Part shown: positions 23,990 through 31,636 of the stretch, one piece after another
How the letters are laid out: every line of letters begins with the position of its first letter
Numbering within the stretch: position 1 is the stretch's first letter
Source: Ignicoccus pacificus DSM 13166
GTDB lineage: Archaea > Thermoproteota > Thermoprotei_A > Sulfolobales > Ignicoccaceae
DNA: 32,000 bases
Reading direction: 5' to 3'
NCBI GenBank assembly: GCA_025340205.1
Contig: CP006868.1
Location: 570,001-602,000 of the forward strand
Position numbers and translations under genes: made by a program
The notes under the pieces: generated by a model
The model's database searches: none
What the model saw: the letters and a program-made list of their open reading frames with translations, nothing else
Told to the model about the DNA's origin: nothing

Positions 23990-26245
23990 ATGGGACGTAG
24001 GGTGGACCGATACGAGGCTCTAGCAATAGCGCTGACGGTAGCAGTAGCCATAGCCTTTGGAGTATACGTATACTACAAGAACTTCGTAAACCTATCGTTC
24101 ACGACAGATACCGCTACCCTAGTGATGTCAACTTGCGTCCTTAAGAAGTCCGTACACTTGTACTACGGATTCAAGATATTCAAGCCCCTCTGTCATATAA
24201 TAGGTTGTTACAACTTCGTATTGTTCCTAAACATGCTAATGGTTGGTCTGCTTAGCTTGGCCGGGTACTTCCTCTACAAGCTAGCGAGGCTCATCCTAGG
24301 AGATGCTCTCGGTGCGATAATGATTCAAGCTCTGTATTATCTAAACCCTATGGTTCACGCCCTCTACCTCTTTGGAATCCACTCAGACGCCTTCGTGCTC
24401 TTCTTCGCGGTGCTAGGCCTCTACGTGCTCTTTAGGTACGAAGATAAACCACTAATAGGGTACTTCACCTTAGCTCTGGGAATGCTCTTTAAAGAGACAG
24501 CGATATTCCCGTTGGCCGGCGCATTCTTGTGGAGGCTCGTTCATAAGAAGCTCAAGCTCTATGAAATAGCTCTCGCCGGCCTCTTCGTAATAGGAGTGGT
24601 AGTAGCTTACTTCACATTGACGTCGCTGCCAATGCACTTCATAAAAGGAAGGTACATAACCTCGTTGGAATGGCTCATAGCTGACGTCGAGATATTTGCG
24701 ATAAGGAAGGTCATATTCTTCGCACTGCTCTTCCTGACCGTTCCCCTAGGATTCCTATCTCCCTTAGACTTCGCTATAGCGTTGCCAAACTTTCTCAACA
24801 TATTCTGGACGGCCGTGACTAAGGCCTATACTAAGTTCGTAATAGGATACCAATATCAAGGAACGCTGGCAGCTGTTCTATTAGTCGCCTCTATACTAGC
24901 CATTAAGCACTTAAAGATAAAGAGGTTCAGGATAGCTCTCATCTCGTTGATAGTCATAGTGGCGTTGGCTGACATTTGGATATCCCCAATAGGCTTTATC
25001 TATTTAGCAAGCGGACGCTATCCCGTACCTCAGTTCGTGACCTATAGAGTTCCATTGAACGATAGCTGTTGCCTGAACTCAGCCATGAATTTAGTAAAGT
25101 TCTCTGAAAAAATAATACCTCCTGGATCCAAGGTCCTCGTCGATGACCAAATATCACCGTTCTTTGCATGCAAATACGAGACGAAGAGAGCCGGCTTGCT
25201 GGTGTTCCCCTACAACGTCCTCACGGCTCCCATGACCGCTTGTCAGCTCAGCCGATTCTTAATAAAGAGAGCAGCCGACTACTTCGTGAACTTACCTGGC
25301 TTGACAATGAGCATAGACATGAATCCTAAGTACCTATCAATACTATGTACGAAGATCTGGTGGGCTCCCCACGGAGGCTACGTCTGTCAATTAGCTAACA
25401 TAACTAAGGCTGCCGAGAAGATATGTTCAATGTACATAAAGAACGGCATAAACGCATATAAGTTCGTAAATGGAATGTTAGAGAAGAGCATTACCTTCAG
25501 GACTCCTTGGATCGACTGGGGTTACGCTCACTTCAACAACCCAGCGCTCCTCACGGAGCTGGCACCTTACTTACCCCCCTACATACCGGTGCTGAGCACT
25601 GCCGAGCTATACTCCTTCTTGCCCGGAGGCTACGGTGTATTCGTTAGAGAGAATCCTCATACCATGGTGTTCTCAGGAAAGATATACATACCTATGAATG
25701 GGACCTACTTGTTCGAGGTCCACAGCGATGACGGGAGCGTACTCTTCATAGACGGAAAGCCTATACTCAACTGCTGGGGTCCTCACATATGCAATGAGAA
25801 GGTTGAGGTCTACCTAACCAAGGGAGAGCACAACATAATTATCGATTACAAGAACTTCTACGCTGCTGGAATGCTCAAGGTGGGTTGGAAGCCTCCCTAC
25901 GCTTGTAAGGTGGAGCCCATCTCGGCCACCTACCTCACCCCAAGACCCATCGAACCCTTTGGTGCCATAACGAAGGGAGGCAAGAGGCTCCTAGGCTTCA
26001 TTTGGCCCTTCAACAGAACCGCTACCTTAAGAGGATACTTCGAGGTTACTAAGACATCTACCTACCAGTTCAAGGTGCTAGGAAACGCTACGTTATACAT
26101 TGATGGAAAGCTTGTAAACGGAACGATAACTCTGAGGGAAGGCATCCACGAGGTCGTGACTAGAGGGAAGAACTTCGAGGTTATGATAAAGGTAAAGGAT
26201 AACTGGATGCCACTGATCTATCCATTGGTTAGGTTTAAACGATGA
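23990..26245 (+). CDS. Multi-pass membrane protein (GT-C-like N-terminal half) with C-terminal PA14 domain(s)
   Basis: The first ~330 aa contain about 9-10 hydrophobic helices. The C-terminal part has a clear PA14 pattern: FSGKIYIPMNGTYLFEVHSDDGSVLFIDGKPILNCWG...VYLTKGEHNIIIDYKNFYAAGMLKVGWKPP (about nt 25615-25900). A second degenerate copy follows (LRGYFEVTKTSTYQFKVLGNATLYIDGKLV). Confidence 0.7.
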   Translation: MGRRVDRYEALAIALTVAVAIAFGVYVYYKNFVNLSFTTDTATLVMSTCVLKKSVHLYYGFKIFKPLCHIIGCYNFVLFLNMLMVGLLSLAGYFLYKLARLILGDALGAIMIQALYYLNPMVHALYLFGIHSDAFVLFFAVLGLYVLFRYEDKPLIGYFTLALGMLFKETAIFPLAGAFLWRLVHKKLKLYEIALAGLFVIGVVVAYFTLTSLPMHFIKGRYITSLEWLIADVEIFAIRKVIFFALLFLTVPLGFLSPLDFAIALPNFLNIFWTAVTKAYTKFVIGYQYQGTLAAVLLVASILAIKHLKIKRFRIALISLIVIVALADIWISPIGFIYLASGRYPVPQFVTYRVPLNDSCCLNSAMNLVKFSEKIIPPGSKVLVDDQISPFFACKYETKRAGLLVFPYNVLTAPMTACQLSRFLIKRAADYFVNLPGLTMSIDMNPKYLSILCTKIWWAPHGGYVCQLANITKAAEKICSMYIKNGINAYKFVNGMLEKSITFRTPWIDWGYAHFNNPALLTELAPYLPPYIPVLSTAELYSFLPGGYGVFVRENPHTMVFSGKIYIPMNGTYLFEVHSDDGSVLFIDGKPILNCWGPHICNEKVEVYLTKGEHNIIIDYKNFYAAGMLKVGWKPPYACKVEPISATYLTPRPIEPFGAITKGGKRLLGFIWPFNRTATLRGYFEVTKTSTYQFKVLGNATLYIDGKLVNGTITLREGIHEVVTRGKNFEVMIKVKDNWMPLIYPLVRFKR

Positions 26246-26558
26246 GGGCTTCCACAAGTTTTCCGTAGTTGTAGCACATCAAGCCTTTTCCCGAGAGCAC
26301 GACGTATAAAGGCCAGAGAGTTGCTATCCTCAGATCCCTCTCGCTTGGCTCTTCTCTATGTTTGTGGAAAACTCCTATGAGGTCCTCCATAGGATAAGGA
26401 AGACATTCGAAGCCTCTCTCCCACACTTCACAAGGAGTGAAGGCCATAGCCTCGAGGATTATCGTTTTCCCCAAGATCTTACCTAGGAGAAGTGCCCCCT
26501 CCTCCTCGTAAAGTTCTTCCATTAGTTTCATCAAGGGCTTAGGGATTAACGCCCTCAA
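26235..26558 (-). CDS. JAMM/MPN+-like small protein (AF2198-like) with shortened metal motif
   Basis: EEEGALLLGK supplies the upstream Glu. GVFHKHREEPSERDL has the HxH...SxxD arrangement, but with 4 rather than 7 residues between the second His and the Ser. The C-terminal MCYNYGKLVEA is similar to AF2198 CYNRKGEEVE as I recall it. Confidence 0.45.
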   Translation of the reverse strand: MRALIPKPLMKLMEELYEEEGALLLGKILGKTIILEAMAFTPCEVWERGFECLPYPMEDLIGVFHKHREEPSERDLRIATLWPLYVVLSGKGLMCYNYGKLVEALIV

Positions 26559-26586
26559 GGAAGATCACCAATATTACCACTTTCCG

Positions 26587-26603
26587 CCTCCCTCCGAGGG
26601 AGG
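26587..26603 (+). promoter_or_regulatory. Hairpin sequestering the SD of the tRNA-binding-domain gene
   Basis: cctccct/agggagg forms a 7-bp stem with a 3-nt loop. The 3' arm contains GGAGG, 5 nt upstream of ATG 26609. Confidence 0.3.
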
Positions 26604-26608
26604 TCAAA

Positions 26609-27268
26609 ATGCCTTCTCACGAGGATCCAAGGTACTTGCTCTCGTGGTGGGGAATGGAAAAAGTAGAGAGGGTGGTGAGGAACCCCGGTAAGCCTATAGA
26701 CAAGGGCAAGGCTCAGAGGCTCCTTCAAGAGATGTGGTCGGAGCTCAAGAAGCTCAGGTGGAGCGGCCTTCCCTCTGACATGGCTGCGGACATGGCATTA
26801 CCCTTAGCTGAAAAAGCTAAAGAGATGAGGGAAGTCCTCGGACTGAAGGGAGAGATAAAGGACTTGGTTAAGGCTCAAGCCTCTTGGGCCCTTTGGTACG
26901 TCCAGACCTTGCCACAGAGGCTCAAGAGGAAAGAGGAGGTGGATCCGGGAGAGGCGGTGGACGTCTTCTCAGGAGAGATCAAGAGCGTGGAAAAGCATCC
27001 AAACGCTGACAAGCTAAAGGTGACGAGGGTAGCTATAGGCAACTTGGCCTTGACCGTCGTTACCAATATAGAGGACGTAAAAGAGGGTCAAGTTAGGGCA
27101 GTGGCGTTGCTTCCGCCGGCTGACCTAAGGGGAGTGGTCAGCTGGGGCATGTTCTGCTCAGACCCCCTAGACCTTCCCCCTGGCAAGCCCTTCCCGCCTT
27201 ATGACAAGGGAGCGGTAGGAGCTCAAGTGGAGATGATAATGAGGGAAGCGGTGAGGGTGAAGAAATGA
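26609..27268 (+). CDS. tRNA-binding domain (Trbp111/CsaA/EMAP-like OB fold) protein with unknown N-terminal extension
   Basis: SGEIKSVEKHPNADKLKVTRVAIGN...VVTNIEDVKEGQVRAVALLP...LRGVVSWGMFCS matches the tRNA_bind OB-fold pattern. About 115 aa of N-terminal sequence are unassigned. Confidence 0.65.
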   Translation: MPSHEDPRYLLSWWGMEKVERVVRNPGKPIDKGKAQRLLQEMWSELKKLRWSGLPSDMAADMALPLAEKAKEMREVLGLKGEIKDLVKAQASWALWYVQTLPQRLKRKEEVDPGEAVDVFSGEIKSVEKHPNADKLKVTRVAIGNLALTVVTNIEDVKEGQVRAVALLPPADLRGVVSWGMFCSDPLDLPPGKPFPPYDKGAVGAQVEMIMREAVRVKK

Positions 27269-27390
27269 GGATCAAGAGGTTTCTGACCAAGAAGAGGGAC
27301 GAGGAGTTCTGCCCTTCGTGCATACCTGTTCAATTAGGAACGGACAGCGTAAAAGATGAGAGCGAGCATGAGAACTGGGACCAAGGGTGA
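27265..27390 (+). CDS. Unlisted 41-codon ORF (MRIKRFLTKKRDEEFCPSCIPVQLGTDSVKDESEHENWDQG)
   Basis: Its ATG overlaps the upstream TGA (ATGA, 27265-27268) and its TGA overlaps the downstream GTG (GTGA, 27387-27390). The ORF exactly fills the gap between two genes. It is too short for the supplied ORF track. Confidence 0.35.
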   Translation: MRIKRFLTKKRDEEFCPSCIPVQLGTDSVKDESEHENWDQG

Positions 27391-27581
27391 GGTGCGTAAG
27401 CGCTTACCAACTCATCCTCGCCATGATCTTGGCGAGCTTGAGCGGCGTCTTGACCGTTTATAGCTTGGTAGGATCCTCCTATGCCTTGTACTTGCTTCAG
27501 CTCAGCACGGTATTCGTAGTGACCTTTGCCGTTTCCCTATTCATAGCGGAGGTGGTATGCAAATGGACAGGGCTCTGCTGA
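27387..27581 (+). CDS. Small two-helix membrane protein
   Basis: 64-aa hydrophobic ORF, coupled to the upstream small ORF and overlapping the protease start by 25 nt. Confidence 0.35.
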   Translation: MRCVSAYQLILAMILASLSGVLTVYSLVGSSYALYLLQLSTVFVVTFAVSLFIAEVVCKWTGLC

Positions 27582-29143
27582 GCGCCCTCCTTCTAGTTTC
27601 AATTGCCTTAGCCGTCGAGTTTCCCGGCTTCGGCTGGACGATAAATCCCTTGGCTCAAGGGTTCTACCAAGCGGGTCCCATCAAGCTGGTGAGAGGAGGC
27701 GGCTACCCGATATACTTGGGAACTTACCAGGCGGTTCCCGGGAACCAGTCCGGAGTATGCGTTCCCTTCTGGTGGAGGGACTTAGTAGGGGCCAAGCAAG
27801 CGAACGACGCTGGGATCAACGGTAAGGGAGTGAAGGTGCTAATCATCGACAGCGGCGTCGACGATAAAGTCTTGAAGCAAGTCTTCGGCAGGGGAGTGGA
27901 CTATCACTTCAACGCAGCTTACCAAGTGTATAAGGACCAATGCATAAAGAACGAAACGATCGCAGGAATAAAGTACTGTATTCTCGAGGAGATCCCCAGC
28001 GGATGGCAGAAGATAGTGTACGCTATTCCCCTCAACCAGAGCTTGGATGAAATGGGTCACGGAACGGCGGTGGCCGCCACCATACTCTCCATAGCTCCTA
28101 ACGTCACCTTGTACTCCGCCAGAGTAGCCATAGACATGCTAATACTGGACCAGAACAATACGCTCTACGCGAAGCAAGTGCTGATAGATTCATTCGCCGT
28201 CAACTGGGCTCTAACTCACGCCGTCTACGGACCGGACCTAAAGCCTGGAACGAGCGACGACGCTGACATAGTCAACATGAGCTTGGGAGGCATGTTCTAC
28301 CCCTCTCCAGGTCCCATGGAGTCCCTAGACATACCCTATGAGCTATTGATATGGTACCTCTACAGGGTGCCCTTACAGAACTTGAGCAAAAACGTGCTCG
28401 TTGTAGCAGCAGCTGGAAACGACGCGGAGAACATCCCAGCCGTTCCAGCCGGTATCGACGAGGCCACCGCTGTAAGTGCCCTGGAGTACTTGAACGGCAG
28501 CTGGGTCCTTGCCCCCTTCACTCAAACCGGTTATGGAATAGACTTCGCCGAGCTCGGCGCTGGAATGTACTTGCCGGTTCCCAAGAACTCCATAATAGCT
28601 CAGTACATCAACGACAGCTGTTCCAACGTGACCGGGGACGTGAAGTGGGTTAGGCTCGACGGAACCTCCTTCGCAGCTCCCATGCTGAGCGGCCTGGCCG
28701 CTCTGTGGGAACAAGCCAGCGGTCTGAAGGGTCAAGAGCTGTACAACCTGCTCAAGAGCAACGCGATAGACCTAGGCCCTACCGGCTACGACCAAGAGAC
28801 GGGGTGGGGAATGGTTAAGGCCCCTACCGGAACCATAGTCTTGAACAACTCCTCAAGTACTTCTTCCACGGGGATACCCATGATCTTCGCGCCGGCGTTA
28901 GTCGCCTTAAGGAAAAAGAAGAAAGTGCTAGCAGCTCTACTGTTGCTCTCAGCCAGCGTGTTTGCGTTAAACGTCACAGCTAATTCAGTAGCAATAGCCT
29001 CCGCCTTAGCTAGCGGAGTCACCGCTTACCTAGCGTACGGAGACCTCACTGCCTCGGTTATCTCGGCTCTCTTGGGATTTGGTATAATGATGTCTGCGCT
29101 GTTCCTAGCGATGTTGATACTGAAAATACTTAAGAAGCAATAG
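27557..29143 (+). CDS. Subtilisin-like serine protease (peptidase S8), membrane-anchored
   Basis: Catalytic blocks VKVLIIDSGVD (Asp), MGHGTAVAATILSIAP (His), AAAGND (Asn) and LDGTSFAAPMLSGLAALW (Ser). N-terminal signal LLSALLLVSIALA and hydrophobic C-terminal segments. Confidence 0.85.
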   Translation: MQMDRALLSALLLVSIALAVEFPGFGWTINPLAQGFYQAGPIKLVRGGGYPIYLGTYQAVPGNQSGVCVPFWWRDLVGAKQANDAGINGKGVKVLIIDSGVDDKVLKQVFGRGVDYHFNAAYQVYKDQCIKNETIAGIKYCILEEIPSGWQKIVYAIPLNQSLDEMGHGTAVAATILSIAPNVTLYSARVAIDMLILDQNNTLYAKQVLIDSFAVNWALTHAVYGPDLKPGTSDDADIVNMSLGGMFYPSPGPMESLDIPYELLIWYLYRVPLQNLSKNVLVVAAAGNDAENIPAVPAGIDEATAVSALEYLNGSWVLAPFTQTGYGIDFAELGAGMYLPVPKNSIIAQYINDSCSNVTGDVKWVRLDGTSFAAPMLSGLAALWEQASGLKGQELYNLLKSNAIDLGPTGYDQETGWGMVKAPTGTIVLNNSSSTSSTGIPMIFAPALVALRKKKKVLAALLLLSASVFALNVTANSVAIASALASGVTAYLAYGDLTASVISALLGFGIMMSALFLAMLILKILKKQ

Positions 29144-29257
29144 CGTCAATTTGTTTTGAGGACTGCCTAGCTTAGGATACTCAAGGGAGTTATAAGGTCT
29201 CTTTCGGAAGTCCTTTTATACCTTTTTCCAGTCCTTCATCACGAGGAGTGGAAGGTC

Positions 29258-30301
29258 GTGAAGGAAAAGGTATTCGCATTAACCATACTCCTCTCCTTGC
29301 CAGCGCTAGCCGTCACGCTAACTGGAACAGGCTCCAGCTTCGTCTTCCCCTTCCTCTCCGCCGCTGCCTACTACTACCAGGGAGCCAACGTTCAGTACCA
29401 AGCCACCGGTTCAGGAGCGGGAATAGTGAACTTGCTCAATCACCTAACCGACTTCGCCGCAAGCGACGTTCCAATGCCTAAGAACAACTATTGCAAGCTC
29501 CTCTATGAAGGGAAGCAAGTGGTTCACGTTCCCTTGGTCGCGGGAGCAGTAGTAGTGGTCTACAACGTTCCCGAGCTCAGAGGGATGACCTTAAGGCTGA
29601 ACGGAAAGGTTCTGGCTGACATATACTTGGGTAAGGTGAAGTACTGGGACGATCCGGAGATCAAGAGGCTTCAAACCCCTCAAGTGGCCTCTCGTCTACC
29701 TCACAAGCCCATAATAGCCGTCCACAGGTCCGACGCCTCCGGAACAACCGCTGTCTTCACCACTTACCTCTCCAAGAGCAGCAGGGAGTGGGCCAGAAGG
29801 ATTGGATCCGGACTAACCGTCACCTGGCCCGTCGACAGGCTTGGGAGGGGAGTGGGGGCCCCCAAGAACCAAGGAGTCGCTGCCAGCGTGTCCAGAACCC
29901 CCTACAGCATAGGCTACGTTGAGCTGGCCTATGCGATTCAAGCTAGGCTTCCGGTAGCTGAGCTACAGAACGCTGAGGGATACTTCGTCAAGCCCACTCC
30001 AGAGACCATAAGCGCCGCCACCGAGGGTGCCATGAAGTACTGGGTCTGTGTACTCCACGCCCCCTACTGGTTCGCCAACTCCTTGGTGCTGGCTCCCGGA
30101 AGGAACTCCTACCCGATAGTAGCAGTTCCCTACATGATCTTCTTCAGGGACTCTCCCAAGCTACCCTACCTAATAAAGTTCGCCGAGTATCTGCTGAGCG
30201 ACAACATACAGAAGAACGTAGTGAGGATGGGATACGCCCCGCTGAGCAAGGCTCTAAGGATGGAGATAATCAAGGAGCTCAACATGCTCATGAGAAGGTG
30301 A
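29258..30301 (+). CDS. pstS: Phosphate ABC transporter substrate-binding protein
   Basis: GTGSSFVFPF, YQATGSGAGI and HRSDASGTT are PstS-type phosphate-binding blocks. It has an N-terminal signal/anchor. GTG start, with the TATA-like ccttttatacc at about 29211-29221. Confidence 0.8.
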   Translation: MKEKVFALTILLSLPALAVTLTGTGSSFVFPFLSAAAYYYQGANVQYQATGSGAGIVNLLNHLTDFAASDVPMPKNNYCKLLYEGKQVVHVPLVAGAVVVVYNVPELRGMTLRLNGKVLADIYLGKVKYWDDPEIKRLQTPQVASRLPHKPIIAVHRSDASGTTAVFTTYLSKSSREWARRIGSGLTVTWPVDRLGRGVGAPKNQGVAASVSRTPYSIGYVELAYAIQARLPVAELQNAEGYFVKPTPETISAATEGAMKYWVCVLHAPYWFANSLVLAPGRNSYPIVAVPYMIFFRDSPKLPYLIKFAEYLLSDNIQKNVVRMGYAPLSKALRMEIIKELNMLMRR

Positions 30302-30307
30302 TTTTTT
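30302..30307 (+). terminator. Poly-T terminator immediately after pstS
   Basis: TGA at 30299-30301 is followed directly by TTTTTT. Confidence 0.45.
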
Positions 30308-30847
30308 AGGCGCGGTCCCGGAGTCCATTAAACTCTTGTTATCGCCTCATGGGGTCTTCCCGTCTTCTCCTTAGGCGCGACACGTTAAGCCGCGGGCGGG
30401 TCATCCCGCGCCTTCTCGTTGTGTGATCCCATCGTTCTCTAATTAACCTTAACCTTACGTTAGCAATAAATCTTTTTTACCATCCCAAGGCGAAATATAT
30501 TATCGCCTCTGATCCTCAGCTCTTTATTCGCTCTCTCGCAATTATCTTTAGAATTTCTTTCAGCGTTTGCTTTGATTGAGTTTAAAGTACCTACAACTTC
30601 GTACACGAGATCCGACGTATCCATTGTCCACTTCTTCTTGCTCCTCTGTGGAAAGACCTTGGTAGAGAATAGTATGACATGTTTGAATTACACGTATCGA
30701 CAAGGAAAGTACAAAATAGATCCCCCAATCCTAAACTCTATTCAGTCCATAAATAGAGAAATAAGTGAGATGCGTTTGTTCTGCCTTTAAAACTACTCAA
30801 ACGGTTTATTATAGGGAATACTCGCAATTACTATACGATGAGAGAAC

Positions 30848-31036
30848 ATGAAATACGAACTAGCGAACATGGCGCTTGGTCTCTTGGGAGTGCTCGTGTT
30901 CGCCTACTTGTTCCTCACAACAAAGGACAACAGCTATATTTACTACGCCTTTGGGGCGCTAGGTTATGCAGTAGTCTACTTCTTACTCTTTATAGTCTCA
31001 ATATCAAAAAAGAGAAACATCTCCTCCATCATCTAA
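30848..31036 (+). CDS. Small two-helix membrane protein
   Basis: 62-aa ORF with an ATG start and two hydrophobic helices (MALGLLGVLVFAYLFL, ALGYAVVYFLLFIVSI). Preferred over the overlapping Arg-rich 160-aa ORF. Confidence 0.35.
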   Translation: MKYELANMALGLLGVLVFAYLFLTTKDNSYIYYAFGALGYAVVYFLLFIVSISKKRNISSII

Positions 31037-31072
31037 TAAGGAAAATGCTTCCACTGAGATGGGGTCGATCCT

Positions 31073-31636
31073 TTGCTCCTCAAACCCTCGGACTCTCTAA
31101 AGGAAGCGGAAAAGCTTGGGATACCCGTTCCTCTGTGGAGCTTCGAACCCAACATAGAGCCTCCGGCCTACGTGAAGGCCGACGTGGCCTATCCACACAA
31201 GAGCGACGTGGGAGGGGTGAGAAGGGCCGAGACCAAGGAAGAGCTCTTGAAGTATTACCAAGAGATCAAGGAGAGGTTCGGATCAGCAATAGTTCAGAAA
31301 GAGGTGAAGGGGAACCTTGAGCTCTTGGTATCAATGAAGCGGGATAGGGTCTTCGGGAGAGTACTGGTAGTAGCCTTAGGGGGCCTCTTAGCATCCCTAC
31401 TCAAGGAGTCGGTCGTTACGTCCTGTCCCTTCTGCGAGGAAGTCTTCGAGAAGAAGATAGAGGGTTCGAGGCTCGGGGAACTCCTCAAGGGATACAGGAG
31501 AATAAGGGTGGATAAGGAATGCCTCTTCAGCGTTTTAGAGAAGCTCTGCTCAGCGGAAGCGGAGACTTTTGAGATCAACCCCTTGCTCCTCGCCGAGGGT
31601 GGCTGTTGGGCGGTGGATGTAAAGGTCTGGAAGTAG
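31073..31636 (+). CDS. ATP-grasp domain protein, ADP-forming acetyl/acyl-CoA synthetase beta-subunit-like
   Basis: EAEKLGIPVP followed by PHKSDVGGV, the hallmark of the ACD beta/ATP-grasp_5 family. At 187 aa it is shorter than typical. TTG start. Confidence 0.6.
   Translation: MLLKPSDSLKEAEKLGIPVPLWSFEPNIEPPAYVKADVAYPHKSDVGGVRRAETKEELLKYYQEIKERFGSAIVQKEVKGNLELLVSMKRDRVFGRVLVVALGGLLASLLKESVVTSCPFCEEVFEKKIEGSRLGELLKGYRRIRVDKECLFSVLEKLCSAEAETFEINPLLLAEGGCWAVDVKVWK

Noticed and set aside
28351-28735. 100-aa (+) and 120-aa (-) ORFs inside the S8 protease gene
   Set aside because: They are nested in a gene with a complete Asp/His/Ser catalytic motif set, and their translations are Arg/Gly-rich shadow frames.
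30309-30412. Possible tRNA (7-bp terminal helix GGCGCGG/CCGCGCC on either strand)
   Set aside because: Neither strand gives a D-arm or a T-arm with a TTCRAAT-like loop next to the acceptor 3' strand. At about 104 nt it would need an intron that I cannot place. Kept only as a generic structured-RNA candidate.
30838-31320. 160-aa ORF overlapping both the small membrane ORF and the ATP-grasp gene
   Set aside because: The translation is Arg/Gly/Ser/Leu-rich. It conflicts with the ATP-grasp frame, which carries the HKSDVGGV family hallmark.
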